Of a stretch of DNA of 64,000 bases, positions 1 to 15,000 are shown piece by piece; within the stretch, counting starts at the first letter, position 1; each line of letters starts with the position of its first letter. The stretch spans positions 42,594,001 to 42,658,000 of the forward strand of contig NC_047019.1 of assembly GCF_902652985.1 (NCBI RefSeq). The letters run 5' to 3'. Below the pieces are notes generated by a model. That model did no database searches and was not told the origin of the DNA. It was given only the letters and a program-made list of their open reading frames with translations. Both the position numbers and the translations under genes were made by a program. Source of the stretch: Pecten maximus. Taxonomy: Eukaryota.

Positions 1-3000
1 TCCCACCACACTCAAGGTACTTGCTTCTCCTGGAGAGAGGGCAGACAGCATTCCAGGGGCAGACCATAACACCGACTTTGTTGTCAGGTAGGGTACTCAT
101 TATACCATTGTTTTGGGGTGATGATATCTGGTAAAGTAGAACGTATCAGAACGACTCAGGGGATACACATTATGTGACCCACTCAGGGGGATACACATTA
201 TGTGACTCACTCAGGAGATACACATTATGTGACCCACTCAGGGGATACACATTATGTGACCCACTCAGGGGGATACACATTATGTGACTCACTCAGGAGA
301 TACATATTATGTGACCCACTCAGGGGATACACATTATGTGACTCACTCAGGAGATACATATTATGTGACTCACTCAGGAGATACACATTATGTGACTCAC
401 TCAGGAGATACACATTATGTGACCCACTCAGGGGATACACATTATGTGACCCACTCAGGGGGATACACATTATGTGACCCACTCAGGGGATACACATTAT
501 GTGACCCACTCAGGGGATACACATTATGTGACTCACTCAGGAGATACATATTATGTGACCCACTCAGGGGATACACATTATGTGACCCACTCAGGAGATA
601 CATATTATGTGACCCACTCAGGAGATACACATTATGTGACCCACTCAGGGGATACACATTATGTGACCCACTCAGGGGGATACACATTATGTGACTCACT
701 CAGGGGATACACATTATGTAACTCACTCAGGGGATACACATTATGTGACCCACTCAGGAGATACACATTATGTGACCCACTCAGGGGGATACACATTATG
801 TGACCCACTCAGGGGATACACATTATATGACCCACTCAGGGGACACACATTATGTGACCCACTCAGGGGATACACATTATGTGACCCACTCAGGGGGATA
901 CACATTATGTGACCCACTCAGGGGATACACATTATGTGACCCACTTAGGAGATACATATTATGTGACCCACTCAGGGGGACACACATTATGTGACTCACT
1001 CAGGGGGACACACATTATGTGACCCACTCAGGGGGATACACATTATGTGACCCACTCAGGGGACACACATTATGTGACCCACTCAGGGGATACACATTAT
1101 GTGACCCACTCAGGGGGATACACATTATGTAACCCACTCAGGGGATACACATTATGTGACCCACTCAGGGGGATACACATTATGTGACCCACTCAGGGGA
1201 TACGCATTATGTGACCCACTCTGGGGGATACACATTATGTGACTCACTCTGGGGGATACACATTATGTGACCCACTCAGGGGATACACATTATGTGACCC
1301 ACTCAGGGGGATACACATTATGTGACCCACTCAGGGGACACACATTATGTGACCCACTCAGGGGACACACATTATGTGACCCACTCAGGGGATACACATT
1401 ATGTGACCCACTCAGGGGGATACACATTATGTGACCCACTCAGGGGGATACACATTATGTGACCCACTCTGGGGGATACACATTATGTGACTCCCTCAGG
1501 GGGATACACATTATGTGACCCACTCAGGGGGATACACATTATGTGACTCCCTCAGGGGGATACACATTATGTGACCCACTCAGGGGATACACATTATGTG
1601 ACCGACTCAGGGGGATACACATGATGTGACCGACTCAGGGGGATACACATTATGTGACCCACTCAGGGGGATACACATTATGTGACCCACTCAGGGGGAT
1701 ACACATTATGTGACCCACTCAGGGGATACACATTATGTGACCCACTCAGGGGATACACATTATGTGACCCACTCAGGAGATACATATTATGTGACCCACT
1801 CAGGGGGATACACATTATGTGACCCACTCAGGGGATACACATTATGTGACCCACTCAGGAGATACATATTATGTGACCCACTCAGGGGATACACATTATG
1901 TGACCCACTCAGGAGATACATATTATGTGACCCACTCAGGAGATACACATTATGTGACCCACTCAGGGGATACACATTATGTGACCCACTCAGGGGGATA
2001 CACATTATGTGACTCCCTCTGGGGATACACATTATGTGACCCACTCAGGAGATACACATTATGTGACCCACTCAGGAGATACACATTATGTGACCCACTC
2101 AGGGGGATATACATTATGTGACCCACTCAGGGGGATACACATTATGTGACCCACTCAGGGGGATACACATTATGTGACCCACTCAGGGGGATACACATTA
2201 TGTGACTCACTCAGGGGATACACATTATGTAACTCACTCAGGGGATACACATTATGTGACCCACTCAGGAGATACACATTATGTGACCCACTCAGGGGAT
2301 ACACATTATGTGACCCACTCAGGGGATACACATTATGTGACCCACTCAGGGGGATACACATTATGTGACCCACTCAGGGGATACACATTATGTGACCCAC
2401 TCAGGGGGATACACATTATGTGACCCACTCAGGGGATACACATTATGTGACCCACTCAGGGGACACACATTATGTGACCCACTCAGGGGATACACATTAT
2501 GTGACCCACTTAGGAGATACATATTATGTGACCCACTCAGGGGGACACACATTATGTGACTCACTCAGGGGGACACACATTATGTGACCCACTCAGGGGG
2601 ATACACATTATGTGACCCACTCAGGGGACACACATTATGTGACCCACTCAGGGGATACACATTATGTAACCCACTCAGGGGATACACATTATGTGACCCA
2701 CTCAGGGGGATACACATTATGTGACCCACTCAGGGGATACGCATTATGTGACCCACTCTGGGGGATACACATTATGTGACTCACTCTGGGGGATACACAT
2801 TATGTGACCCACTCAGGGGATACACATTATGTGACCCACTCAGGGGATACACATTATGTGACCCACTCAGGGGACACACATTATGTGACCCACTCAGGGG
2901 ACACACATTATGTGACCCACTCAGGGGATACACATTATGTGACCCACTCTGGGGGATACACATTATGTGACCCACTCAGGGGGATACACATTATGTGACC

Positions 3001-6000
3001 CACTCTGGGGGATACACATTATGTGACCCACTCAGGGGGATACACATTATGTGACCCACTCAGGGGGACACACATTATGTGACCCACTCAGGGGGACACA
3101 CATTATGTGACCCACTCAGGGGACACACATTATGTGACCCACTCAGGGGATACACATTATGTGACCCACTCAGGGGATACACATTATGTGACCCACTCAG
3201 GGGATACACATTATGTGACCCACTCTGGGGATACACATTATGTGACCCACTCAGGGGATACACATTATGTGACCCACTCAGGGGAATACACATTATGTGA
3301 CCCACTCAGGGGATACACATTATGTCACCCACTCTGGGGGATACACATTATGTGACCCACTCAGGGGGATACACATTATGTGACCCACTCAGGGGGACAC
3401 ACATTATGTGACCCACTCAGGGGGACACACATTATGTGACCCACTCAGGGGACACACATTATGTGACCCACTCAGGGGATACACATTATGTGACCCACTC
3501 AGGGGATACACATTATGTGACCCACTCAGGGGATACACATTATGTGACCCACTCTGGGGATACACATTATGTGACCCACTCAGGGGATACACATTATGTG
3601 ACCCACTCAGGGGAATACACATTATGTGACCCACTCAGGGGATACACATTATGTCACCCACTCTGGGGGATACACATTATGTGACCCACTCAGGGGGATA
3701 CACATTATGTGACCCACTCAGGGGATACACATTATGTGACCCACTCTGGAGATACACATTATGTGACCCACTCAGGGGATACACATTATGTGACCCACTC
3801 AGGGGATACACATTATGTGACCCACTCAGTCCTCAGTGTATGATAATGTATATATCCAGTGTTACAGTCCTCGGTGTATGATAATGTATATATCCAGTGT
3901 TACAGTCCTCAGTGTATGATAATGTATATATCCAGTGTTACAGTCCTCGGTGTATGATAATGTATATATCCAGTGTTACAGTCCTCGGTGTATGATAATG
4001 TATATATCCAGTGTTACAGTCCTCAGTATATGATAATGTATATATCCAGTGTTACAGTCCTCGGTGTATGATAATGTATATATCCAGTGTTACAGTCCTC
4101 GGTGTATGATAATGTATATATCCAGTGTTACAGTCCTCGGTGTATTATAATGTATATATCCAGTGTTACAATCCTCCGTGTATTATAATGTATATATCCA
4201 GTGTTACAGTCCTCGGTGTATGATAGTGTATATATCCAGTGTTACAGTCCTCGGTGTATGATAATGTATATATCCAGTGTTACAGTCCTCGGTGTATTAT
4301 AATGTATATATCCAGTGTTACAGTTAACTGTTCATTGTCGTGTCCTCCTTGTAGGTTGATATCCTCAGTATTACGCCTCTGTGAGGTAGAGAAGCGGGCA
4401 CTTCAAGCTAAGATGACTTCATCACTGAGTCCACAAGTGAGCGCCAGTATGATGTGGTTTCTACGGCGATGGTCACAATGCTATCTCCTGCCAGATGAAA
4501 ACTATTACTCACAGGTATGTAAGGCTGAGCAAGAAAGAACTTAACAGCAAATCTATAGAAAAAATGATTAATCTAGAAATTAATTCCACCTAGAAATTAC
4601 TATGGTTATCAGAATTGATACATGCAAGAAATGAAGTAATTATTTGATGTTAAAATGTATGACCTTTGACCTTCAGACCCCAAAGCTTTCATACACTGGT
4701 AAAGTGAATCCCTTGGGCCCATGTGTAAGTACTGGTAGTTAGTGGGTACAGCATGCAGTCTGATACATGTGCTGAGGTGACTGCTAAGATCAAAAAGCTT
4801 ACACCTTCGGAATCACAGAGGATCTAGCCACCATTGCTTTCCAGCATCATAACATGTAGCAGACATAGACTCATTATAGAATAATGCCTCTGCAGGTCAC
4901 ACCTCTATGCTGCTTTGTGTCATGTTTAATAACGTGTTGTATGGGAATGCTGTCATCATTAACCTTGTACCAAGTCCCTTTGTGTATTTATATTAACCTG
5001 GTCCTATAAGTAACACCCTGTTTTAGTGATACATTCTTTAACTTCTATATTCTACTTCCCTGACCATTGTACTGGGAGAACTCACCACCAGACAGTAATG
5101 TGTTTGTATTGTGTTAATTTTCAATGAGAATTTAACAGGGATATAAATGTTGCCAAGTAATATAGAAGTATAATTATTAATGTCAATATCCATGGTTACA
5201 GTATCTGTATATGTCATATATAAAGCATGAGGAAAGAAGTATGCATGACAAATGATGGTAAAAGCATGATATACATTATATATCTTAAAAAAATTATATA
5301 TAAAGTAAGTATTCATGGAACAGACTGTTTCTATAGATACCCACTTATACCCTAATATGGTAGTCCAGACAAATTCATTAGGGTGTTAAACAATATGCTG
5401 ATCTCCAAATCAAACCTACTATCTTTATCTTCATAATTCAAATGTTATATCTATGGAACATATGGACCATGATCTCAGACAGGTAATATCTATACAGTAC
5501 AGTTTCCTATTCTATATCAGGTGACCCTGTACCTGTGTCTATATATAACCTCCTGACAGGTAATATCTATACAGTACAGTTTCCTATTCTGTATCAGGTG
5601 ACCCCGTACCTGTGTCTATATATAACCTCCTGACAGGTAATATCTATACAGTACAGTTTCCTATTCTGTATCAGGTGACCTCGTACCTGTGTGTGTATAT
5701 ACCCTCCTGACAGGTAATATCTATACAGTACAGTTTCCTATTCTGTATCAGGTGACCCCGTACCTGTGTCTGTATATACCCTCCTGACAGGTAATATCTA
5801 TACAGTACAGTTTCCTATTCTGTATCAGGTGACCCCGTACCTGTGTCTATATATAACCTCCTGACAGGTAATATCTATACAGTACAGTTTCCTATTCTGT
5901 ATCAGGTGACCCCGTACCTGTGTCTGTATATAACCTCCTGACAGGTAATATCTATACAGTACAGTTTCCTATTCTGTATCAGGTGACCCCGTACCTGTGT

Positions 6001-9000
6001 CTATATATAACCTCCTGACAGGTAATATCTATACAGTACAGTTTCCTATTCTGTATCAGGTGACCCCATACCTGTGTCTATATATAACCTCCTGACAGGT
6101 AATATCTATACAGTACAGTTTCCTATTCTGTATCAGGTGACCCCGTACCTGTGTCTATATATAACCTCCTGACAGGTAATATCTATACAGTACAGTTTCC
6201 TATTCTGTATCAGGTGACACCGTACCTGTGTCTATATATAACCTCCTGACAGGTAATATCTATACAATACCATTTCCTATTCTGTATCAGGTGACACCGT
6301 ACCTGTGTCTATATATAACCTCCTGACAGGTAATATCTATACAGTACAGTTTCCTATTCTGTATCAGGTGACACCGTACCTGTGTCTATATATAACCTCC
6401 TGACAGGTAATATCTATACAATACCATTTCCTATTCTGTATCAGGTGAGCCCGGCCATTTTGTCTGCATTTGGACGCGACTCTGAAGGTGCCCAGTGGAC
6501 AGTACAGTTTCTACTTGAGAAGATCCTCAGCAACTTATCGTGTTGGTTAGGGGAGGCTGGCATATTAGAGGATACATTGTCTCTCCTCAACTCAATGGTG
6601 GACAACAGAATCAGGTAGAGAATATCGATTTATCAAAACAGAAACAATATATCATCTAGGCTCTAACATGTTAATAATTCCTGATGAAAGGTAAACATAG
6701 AGAATAAAGGGCATTCCCCTATTGTCATTGGGAGGGAGGAAAGTACTTTATATAGTTACAATATTATTGTTACATTAACTCTATCTTTAAAATGTTTACA
6801 ACAGGGCTGAATATGTAACGAAGTGCAGTTTATTGTGGACGCTTGCCAAGCAGGAGGCTGAACACAAGCCGCCCCTCAGTCTGTTGCCATTCTCGTGTAA
6901 GAGGATGTTACTGCGGTCCCTTGTACAGGCAGGATCAGGGGTGGAGGAGAGCTGGAAGGACCAGTACTGGGCTTGTGTAAGTTCTCACTATGTATCAGTA
7001 GCCTCCCTTTATAACCACATCTCCCCTTATAAATATACCAGTAATCTCCCCTTACACCCATATCAGTAATCTCCCCTTATAAATATACCAGTTATCTCCC
7101 CTTACACCCATAACAGTAATCTCCCTTTATAACCACATCTCCCCTTATAAATATACCAGTAATCTCCCCTTATAAATATACCAGTAATCTCCCCTTACAC
7201 CCATATCAGTAATCTCCCTTTATAACCACATCTCCCCTTACACCCATAACAGTAATCTCCCTTTATAACCACATCTGTGATCTCCCCTAACACCCATAAC
7301 AGTAATCTCCCCTAACACCCATAACAGTAATCTCCCCTAACACCCATAACAGTAATCTCCCCTAACACCCATAACAGTAATCTCCCTTTATAACCACATC
7401 TGTGACCTCCCCTTATAAATATACCAGTAATCTCCCCTTACACCCATATCAGTAATCTCCCTTTATAACCACATCTGTGACCTCCCCTTACAACCATAAC
7501 AGTAATCTCCCCTTTCACCCATATCAGTGATTTCTCCTTTACAACCATATCACTGATCTACTTTGACACCCATATTGGTAATCTTCTTTTACAATCATAA
7601 CACTAATCTCCCCTTTATAACTTAATCAGTAATCTCCCCTTAAAACCATATCAGTAATCTCCCTTTTATAACTATACCAGTAATCTCCCCTTGAAACCAT
7701 ATCAGTAATTTGCCCTTATTACCATAACAGTAATTTCCCCTTATTACCATAACAATGATCTCCCCTTATTACCATAACAGTAATCTCCCCTTACAACCAT
7801 GGTGATCTCAAGAGTTCAACAATTCATTTGTATCATATAATAGGTATCAATTTAAGGAGACAAAAAACAAGTGAAGGGTAACAGTAACATTTTTGTGTTC
7901 CAGGTACTCACTTCCATACACACCAGATTTTATGAGACAGTATGTCATGAACATTTTGCCAAGATGTCGTATGTAACCAGCATGAAGGACAGAATTATCG
8001 ATCTGCTGGAGTGTCTGTGTGGTATTGCCCAGGGCGCACGTATCGATAACATGGAGCGTATCTTCAACTTCTTCCATCCTCTTATGACAGACTCTGTAAA
8101 ACTTCTAGGTAAATATTGGGTCTAGCTTACGGGATCAGTATTATAATATTATGTTAAAATGTGTCGTTCCAGAGTTGTCTGGAGACAGTTTTTTTTAGGC
8201 TTTGTCTGATGCCTAATCCATTTGTAATAAATGCTATTATTTTTTCAATAACATTTGTTGAAATACGGATTGAAAATATAATGACAAAGAATTAAAGTAA
8301 TTATATACACTCATCTGTACTTACATGATCACTGCTATTCCAGCAAGTCTAGTACTTACTTTAAAAACATGATCACTACTATTCCGGCAAGTCTAGTACT
8401 TACTTTAAAAACATGATCACTGCTATTCCAGCAAGTCTAGTACTTACTTTAAAAACATGATCACTGCTATTCCAGCAAGTCTAGTACTTACTTTAAAAAC
8501 ATGATCACTGCTATTCCAGCAAGTCTAGTACTTACTTTAAAACATGATCACTGCTATTCCGGCAAGTCTAGTACTTACTTTAAAAACATGATCACTGCTA
8601 TTCCGGCTAATCTAGTACTTACTTTAAAACATGATCACTACTATTCCAGCAAGTCTAGTACTTACTTTAAAAACATGATCACTACTATTCCGCCAAGTAT
8701 ACGAAAGTATTTCCAAATAAATCACCTGTAAAGTATGTACAATGTACTACTTTTCCATTTAGTGATATCAAATAGAATTGAAGTAAGTAAAACAAGCTTA
8801 TAATCAACACAAACAAAACTCATGCTTTGATGATAGTAGGTTATTTTAAAAACCATAGATAACTGTTACAGTTGATGAAAAAAATAGATATTGATACAGG
8901 AAACCGCCGGTTAGTTTGAACAAATCAAATAAATATTGGTAATCCTGTTCGAACTGTTTGAAATATAAAACTTAATTTAAAACTGTCCAAGTCAGCATCG

Positions 9001-12000
9001 CCAAAATTACGAAAGTTTGAATTATCCCAGTCAACATGGCAAACTGTTCGGCCCGCTAGGTATACTAGTTGCTTTAGCTTGAATGATACGAGATAATTTT
9101 TAACATGTTTTGCAGTTGATCAGAATTGATATAATTCTAGAATTACTTACATGTAACTGATTATCAACTCCGCTGCCTCCATGTCTACAGCGATCTGGTG
9201 CTGCCATTGTGAAGGCACCATAAACAGTACATGTGTATTGTGTAAAAGTCGAAATGTTCACAGCGTGGAAATCTCCGCGAAAATATCCACACACGAATAT
9301 AATAACCCATGAAAATATTGGCATGCGAATATTTCCACTAAATAAACTAAATACTCTAAAATCCAAGACGCAAGTTCCTGATGGTAAACCATGTCGCCAT
9401 TTGAATGTCATATCGTCTGTGATGTGTAACTTTGTCATGGTCGGTCAAGTGTTTGAGAAATGGCTATACATACTAATTTGAGTAATGAGTAAAATGTAGT
9501 ATTTTGTCTTATTTAATGTTGATTGATCAACTTTCTTCATTTGTTTTACAATTTACAACCTGAGATATTTTCTATTGACAGACATGTACGTTAGTTTATG
9601 ACCTTTTCTATTGACAGACGTTTACCATGGTTATGACCTTTTCTATTGACAGACGTTTACCATGGTTATGACCTTTTCTATTGACAGACGTTTACCATGG
9701 TTATGACCTTTTCTATTGACAGACGTTTACCATGATTATGAGGATGTCGTACAGCTGGTGATCAAGTTTTTCTCTGAGGCAGTTCAAGCAATGCTGTGTT
9801 ATCTAGGCGAGGTAAGACAAATCTGGATTTCAGTAGCAACGATAAAGACAAGCTTGCTTAGATATTCTGAAAAGTATGGAGTCTGAAAATAAGATCATCC
9901 TCACCTTATACAGCATTACATCATCATAGTATACAGTGTTATATTGTCACATGGTACAAGGTGTTTTGTTCACTATTACAACTTGCAGCATTTAACGGCC
10001 TGTCACACTGAGTTGCACATTGAAATTGCTTTCATGCATAGTCATGCACACAATACACACTTCATTTTCATCTCATTCAGTTTTGTTAGTTTTATGTACG
10101 CTATCACAGTACAGCCAAGTTCGCCTGATAGTAATGTGCATGCACATTTTGTTTGCATTGGATTAGCATTTCATATACAGTAATATTCTGATCTCTTGGT
10201 ACGTGCTATGAGTTGTGTATATTGGACATATACATAGCATACTTGCAGAATGAACAATTATCAATGTACATGAAAATGTATTGCACAAATTAGTAGGTCC
10301 TGTGATCAGGTATCACATTGTACTTATTTGGAACTTCGACAGATCCACAGATGACATACTAGTCAAACATACAGGGTACACTCAAGATTTGGTATAAATA
10401 TGATGGGTCCTCATAGCAGGAGACAGTGGCCTATTTGATAAATCAGGAGTATGCTCATAATACGTTTGTCATTCTTCGGTCACTTTTACTGGGGATTGAT
10501 GGGGATTTTCATTGTTGTTCTAGTCATAAGTAGAATCTCAAAAAATGATTTTTTAATTTTCAATTTTCAGAGGGATTCCAAGAAAATGTATGAACTTTGC
10601 CTGTCACTGACACAAACTTATTCAAAGCACAATATTGGTAAGCTGACGACTTAGCTAATGTAGTTTTGGTGAAAAATGTTCAATTTTAAATGTTCTGTAT
10701 GATATGAAATATTTGTGGGTACTTTAATTCTGTCATGGTTTCAAGGTCCACTGATTATTGAACATCACCTTGTATACTGGGAGATATTTTAGGTACATTG
10801 TACGTGACACTAAAGAGCTAAAGCTTTGTGTTACTGACATAGATTTCCAAGTGAAAATATGGCACAATAAATATGTTTGGAAGTAGATTGAGGGCAAATT
10901 ATAAAGCATAATTAAAAAAAAGGGTATAATCTGGGAAGTGAGATGGGAAAGGAAATTACACTGGGGACCATAGAGTTTATATGGGAAAGGAAATTACACT
11001 GGGGACCATAGAGTTTATATGGGAAAGGAAATTACACTGGGGACCATAGAGTTTATATGGGAAAGGAAATTACACCGGGGACTGTAGGGTTTATATGGGA
11101 AAGGAAATTACACTGGGGACCATAGAGTTTATATGGGAAAGGAAATTACACCGGGGACTGTAGGGTTTATATGGGAAAGGAAATTACACCGGGGACTGTA
11201 GGGTTTATATGGGAAAGGAAATTACACCGGGGACTGTAGGGTTTATATGGGAAAGGAAATTACACTGGGGACCATAGAGTTTATATGGGAAAGGAAATTA
11301 CACTGGGGACCATAGAGTTTATATGGGAAAGGAAATTACACTGGGGACCATAGAGTTTATATGGGAAAGGAAATTACACCGGGGACTGTAGGGTTTATAT
11401 GGGAAAGGAAATTACACCGGGGACTGTAGGGTTTATATGGGAAAGGAAATTACACCGGGGACTGTAGGGTTTATATGGGAAAGGAAATTACACCGGGGAC
11501 TGTAGGGTTTATATGGGAAAGGAAATTACACCGGGGACTGAAGGGGTTTATATGGGAAAGGAAATTACACCGGGGACTGTAGGGTTTATATGGGAAAGGA
11601 AATTACACCGGGGACTGTAGGGTTTATATGGGAAAGGAAATTACACCGGGGACTGTAGGGTTTATATGGGAAAGGAAATTACACCGGGGACTGTAGGGTT
11701 TATATGGGAAAGGAAATTACACCGGGGACTGTAGGGTTTATATGGGAAAGGAAATTACACCGGGGACTGTAGGGTTTATATGGGAAAGGAAATTACACTG
11801 GGGACCATAGAGTTTATATGGGAAAGGAAATTACACTGGGAACCGTAGGTTTTATCTCAGGAAGTGAGATGGGAAAGGAAATTACACTGGGAACCGTAGG
11901 GTTTATATGGGAAAGGAAATTACACTGGGAACCGTAGGGTTTATATGGGAAAGGAAATTACACTGGGGACCGTAGGGTTTATATGGGAAAGGAAATTACA

Positions 12001-15000
12001 CTGGAGACCATAGGGTTTAACTGTACTTTTAAATATCAATTTCTGATTCTGGCATAATAACACTGCCTATTATTGGCCGATTTGTTTTGTCCCATCAGCT
12101 GTGATTGGCTGTTTTGTTTTATGGCTTTGCTTCTGATTGGTTTAAGGTAAACGTATATTTGATGCCAGTGAAGAGGAGGAGGATCGCTACAATGATATTA
12201 TGTTGGTGATGGAAATGCTTACGAATCTTCTGTCCAAGGATTTCATTGACTTCAGTGACCCAGGTTATCTTAGTTTAATTCCTTATTTTCCTATAACTCC
12301 ACTGTTTATGGGAAATCAATGTTGAATATCAGTAAAACAAGAAATTTGTTTGTTGTTTTCTCCATCCCTTTATTTTCAATTCTTCAAAATATGCGATATC
12401 TGTGTCAATCAAAAATAGTTTCCAGACAATAATTTGTTACTCACACTTCTGAATTCTTAATTTAAAAACTTGAAGGGATTGTATCAGTAGACCTAATACA
12501 GAAGGAGAGTTTCTGAAGGGATTGTATCAATAGACCTAATACAGAAGGAGAGTTTCTGACATGAAATGGGATCGTGACATCTTTATAAGAACTCTCTAAT
12601 ATAAGTGTTTGTAATACAGATGATGATTCCGTGCCTGGAGACAAAGTGGAAGCGTCGGACGTAGCCCTTTATGGACTTAACACTGTGATACCCCTAATGA
12701 ACGCCGATCTGCTTAAGGTGACCACTCTTACATGTATATTGTAGTGTAAATAGCAACTCTACTCTACTATTTAGCTTTGAGAATCATGTTTAGTTAATAT
12801 CAGAGATGGAGTGCTATCAAGTTTCTACTGAAAATGCCTTTTTAATTTCTAAGTCATATGATATTTCACCATATTAAAAATCCAAGTGAGTGATACAGGT
12901 CCTCCTAGCCTCTTATTTAAAGACCCAGAATGCTGTATATATTTGTTGGATGAAAATTACAGTAACTTGACTGCATCAGTTTTTGAAATATGGAAAAAAA
13001 TAGGTAAAAACTGACGATGATACCCTCCATTGTTCTACACCCTAACACTTGTTGTCGGTTATTTGTGTTTCAGTACCCAACCCTGTGTTCTCAGTACTTC
13101 AAACTTGTGGCATTCCTCGCCGAGCTACATCCAGAGAAGTTTGCCAGTATTCCAGAGGATATGTTCAAAAACCTAGTGGCATCAGTTGACTTGGGATTTT
13201 CATCGTATCCTTTGCTACTCTGAAGTTTTGATTCACAGCACAAAGATAATTTTATCTTAACACACAACACAGGGTGATAATTGTACTGGGTTTAGAAACC
13301 TGGTGTCTGTTCACATTATGCTAATTAGAAATTTACTGGCTATATATAGAAATGAATTGACTATATATAGAAATGTATTGACTATATATAGAAATGAAGT
13401 GACTATACATGTATATAGAAATGTACTGACTATATATAGAAATGTACTGACTACCTATATATAGAAATGAATTGACTATATATAGAAATGTACTGACTGT
13501 ATATAGAAATGTACTGACTATACCGGTATATAGAAATGAATTGACTATATATAGAAATGTACTGACTGTATATAGAAATGTACTGACTATATATAGAAAT
13601 GTACTGACTATATATAGAAATGTACTGACTATATATAGAAATGTACTGACTATATATAGAAATGTACTGACTATGTATAGAAATGTACTGACTATATATA
13701 GAAATGTACTGACTATATATAGAAATGTACGGACTATACCTGTCCGGTATATAGAAATGTACTGACTATATATAGAAATGTACTGACTATATATAGAAAT
13801 GTACTGACTATATATAGAAATGTACTGACTATATATAGAAATGTACTGACTATATATAGAAATGTACTGACTATACCGGTATATAGAAATGTATGACTGT
13901 ATATAGAAATGTACTGACTATGCCGGTATATAGAAATGTACTGACTATGCCGGTATATAGAAATGTACTGACTATGTATAGAAATGTACTGACTATATAT
14001 AGAAATGTACTGACTATATATAGAAATGAACTGACTATATATAGAAATGTACTGACTATACCGGTATATAGAAATGTATGACTATATATAGAAATGTACT
14101 GACTATATATAGAAATGTACTGACTATATATAGAAATGTACTGACTAGTAATCATTATTTTCCTGACTATACACCAGCTACGGGTCAGACATCACCAAAC
14201 TCAGCATAGAGATTGTCACAGAACTAGCATCCTACGTGTACCAGGAGAACCAGGTTGGCACACAGATCCACTCAACTTTGTGTCACTTCCTCAAGGTAGG
14301 TACCGGTATTATTATACCATATACAGCCTATATGAGTGAGACATAACGTCTGTGAGCTTTGTTTTACATTGTATGTAGAGATGGAAGGAAATCTGGTGGT
14401 GTTGTAGGAGAAATGAAAGTATTAATGTTGTTGAGAAGAATGGTATTGACTTAAAACAAATCTAGACGTAAAAGCAGTATTATTCCCAAAGCAGCTGTAC
14501 AGGGAAAAATGAAGTTTGGTTTCATCCAGTTTTCTCATCTTTATTTACCTTTACAAACTAACATTGATAGAGTGACATGACAGTTGGTGTGCATATTTTA
14601 TGTAGGTCATTGTTGACACCTCAATATTTTCCTTGGTTTCAGTCTGTGTTCAATATGCTGTTTCTGGAAACGTTTAACATGGACCTTTTGGAGACAGCTA
14701 GTACTGGGCTTTTCTGTCTGATCTGTTGTCATCAGGTATGTATACGTCATGTCTGATCTGTTGTCACCAGGTATGTATAAGTCATGTCTGATCTGTTGTC
14801 ATCAGGTATGTATACGTCATGTCTGATCTGTTGTCATCAGGTATGTATACGTCATGTCTGATCTGTTGTCACCAGGTATGTATACGTCATGTCTGATCTG
14901 TTGTCACCAGGTATGTATACGTCATGTCTGATCTGTTGTCATCAGGTATGTATACGTCATGTCTGATCTGTTGTCATCAGGTATGTATACGTCATGTCTG

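Noticed and set aside
202-3881. Many periodic ORFs (THSGDTHYV, CDPLRGYTL)
   Set aside because: Translations of the 27/28-bp minisatellite inside an XPO4 intron; the frame shifts with each G4/G5 variant.
13472-14155. RNVLTIY periodic ORFs
   Set aside because: Translation of the 21-bp intronic repeat.
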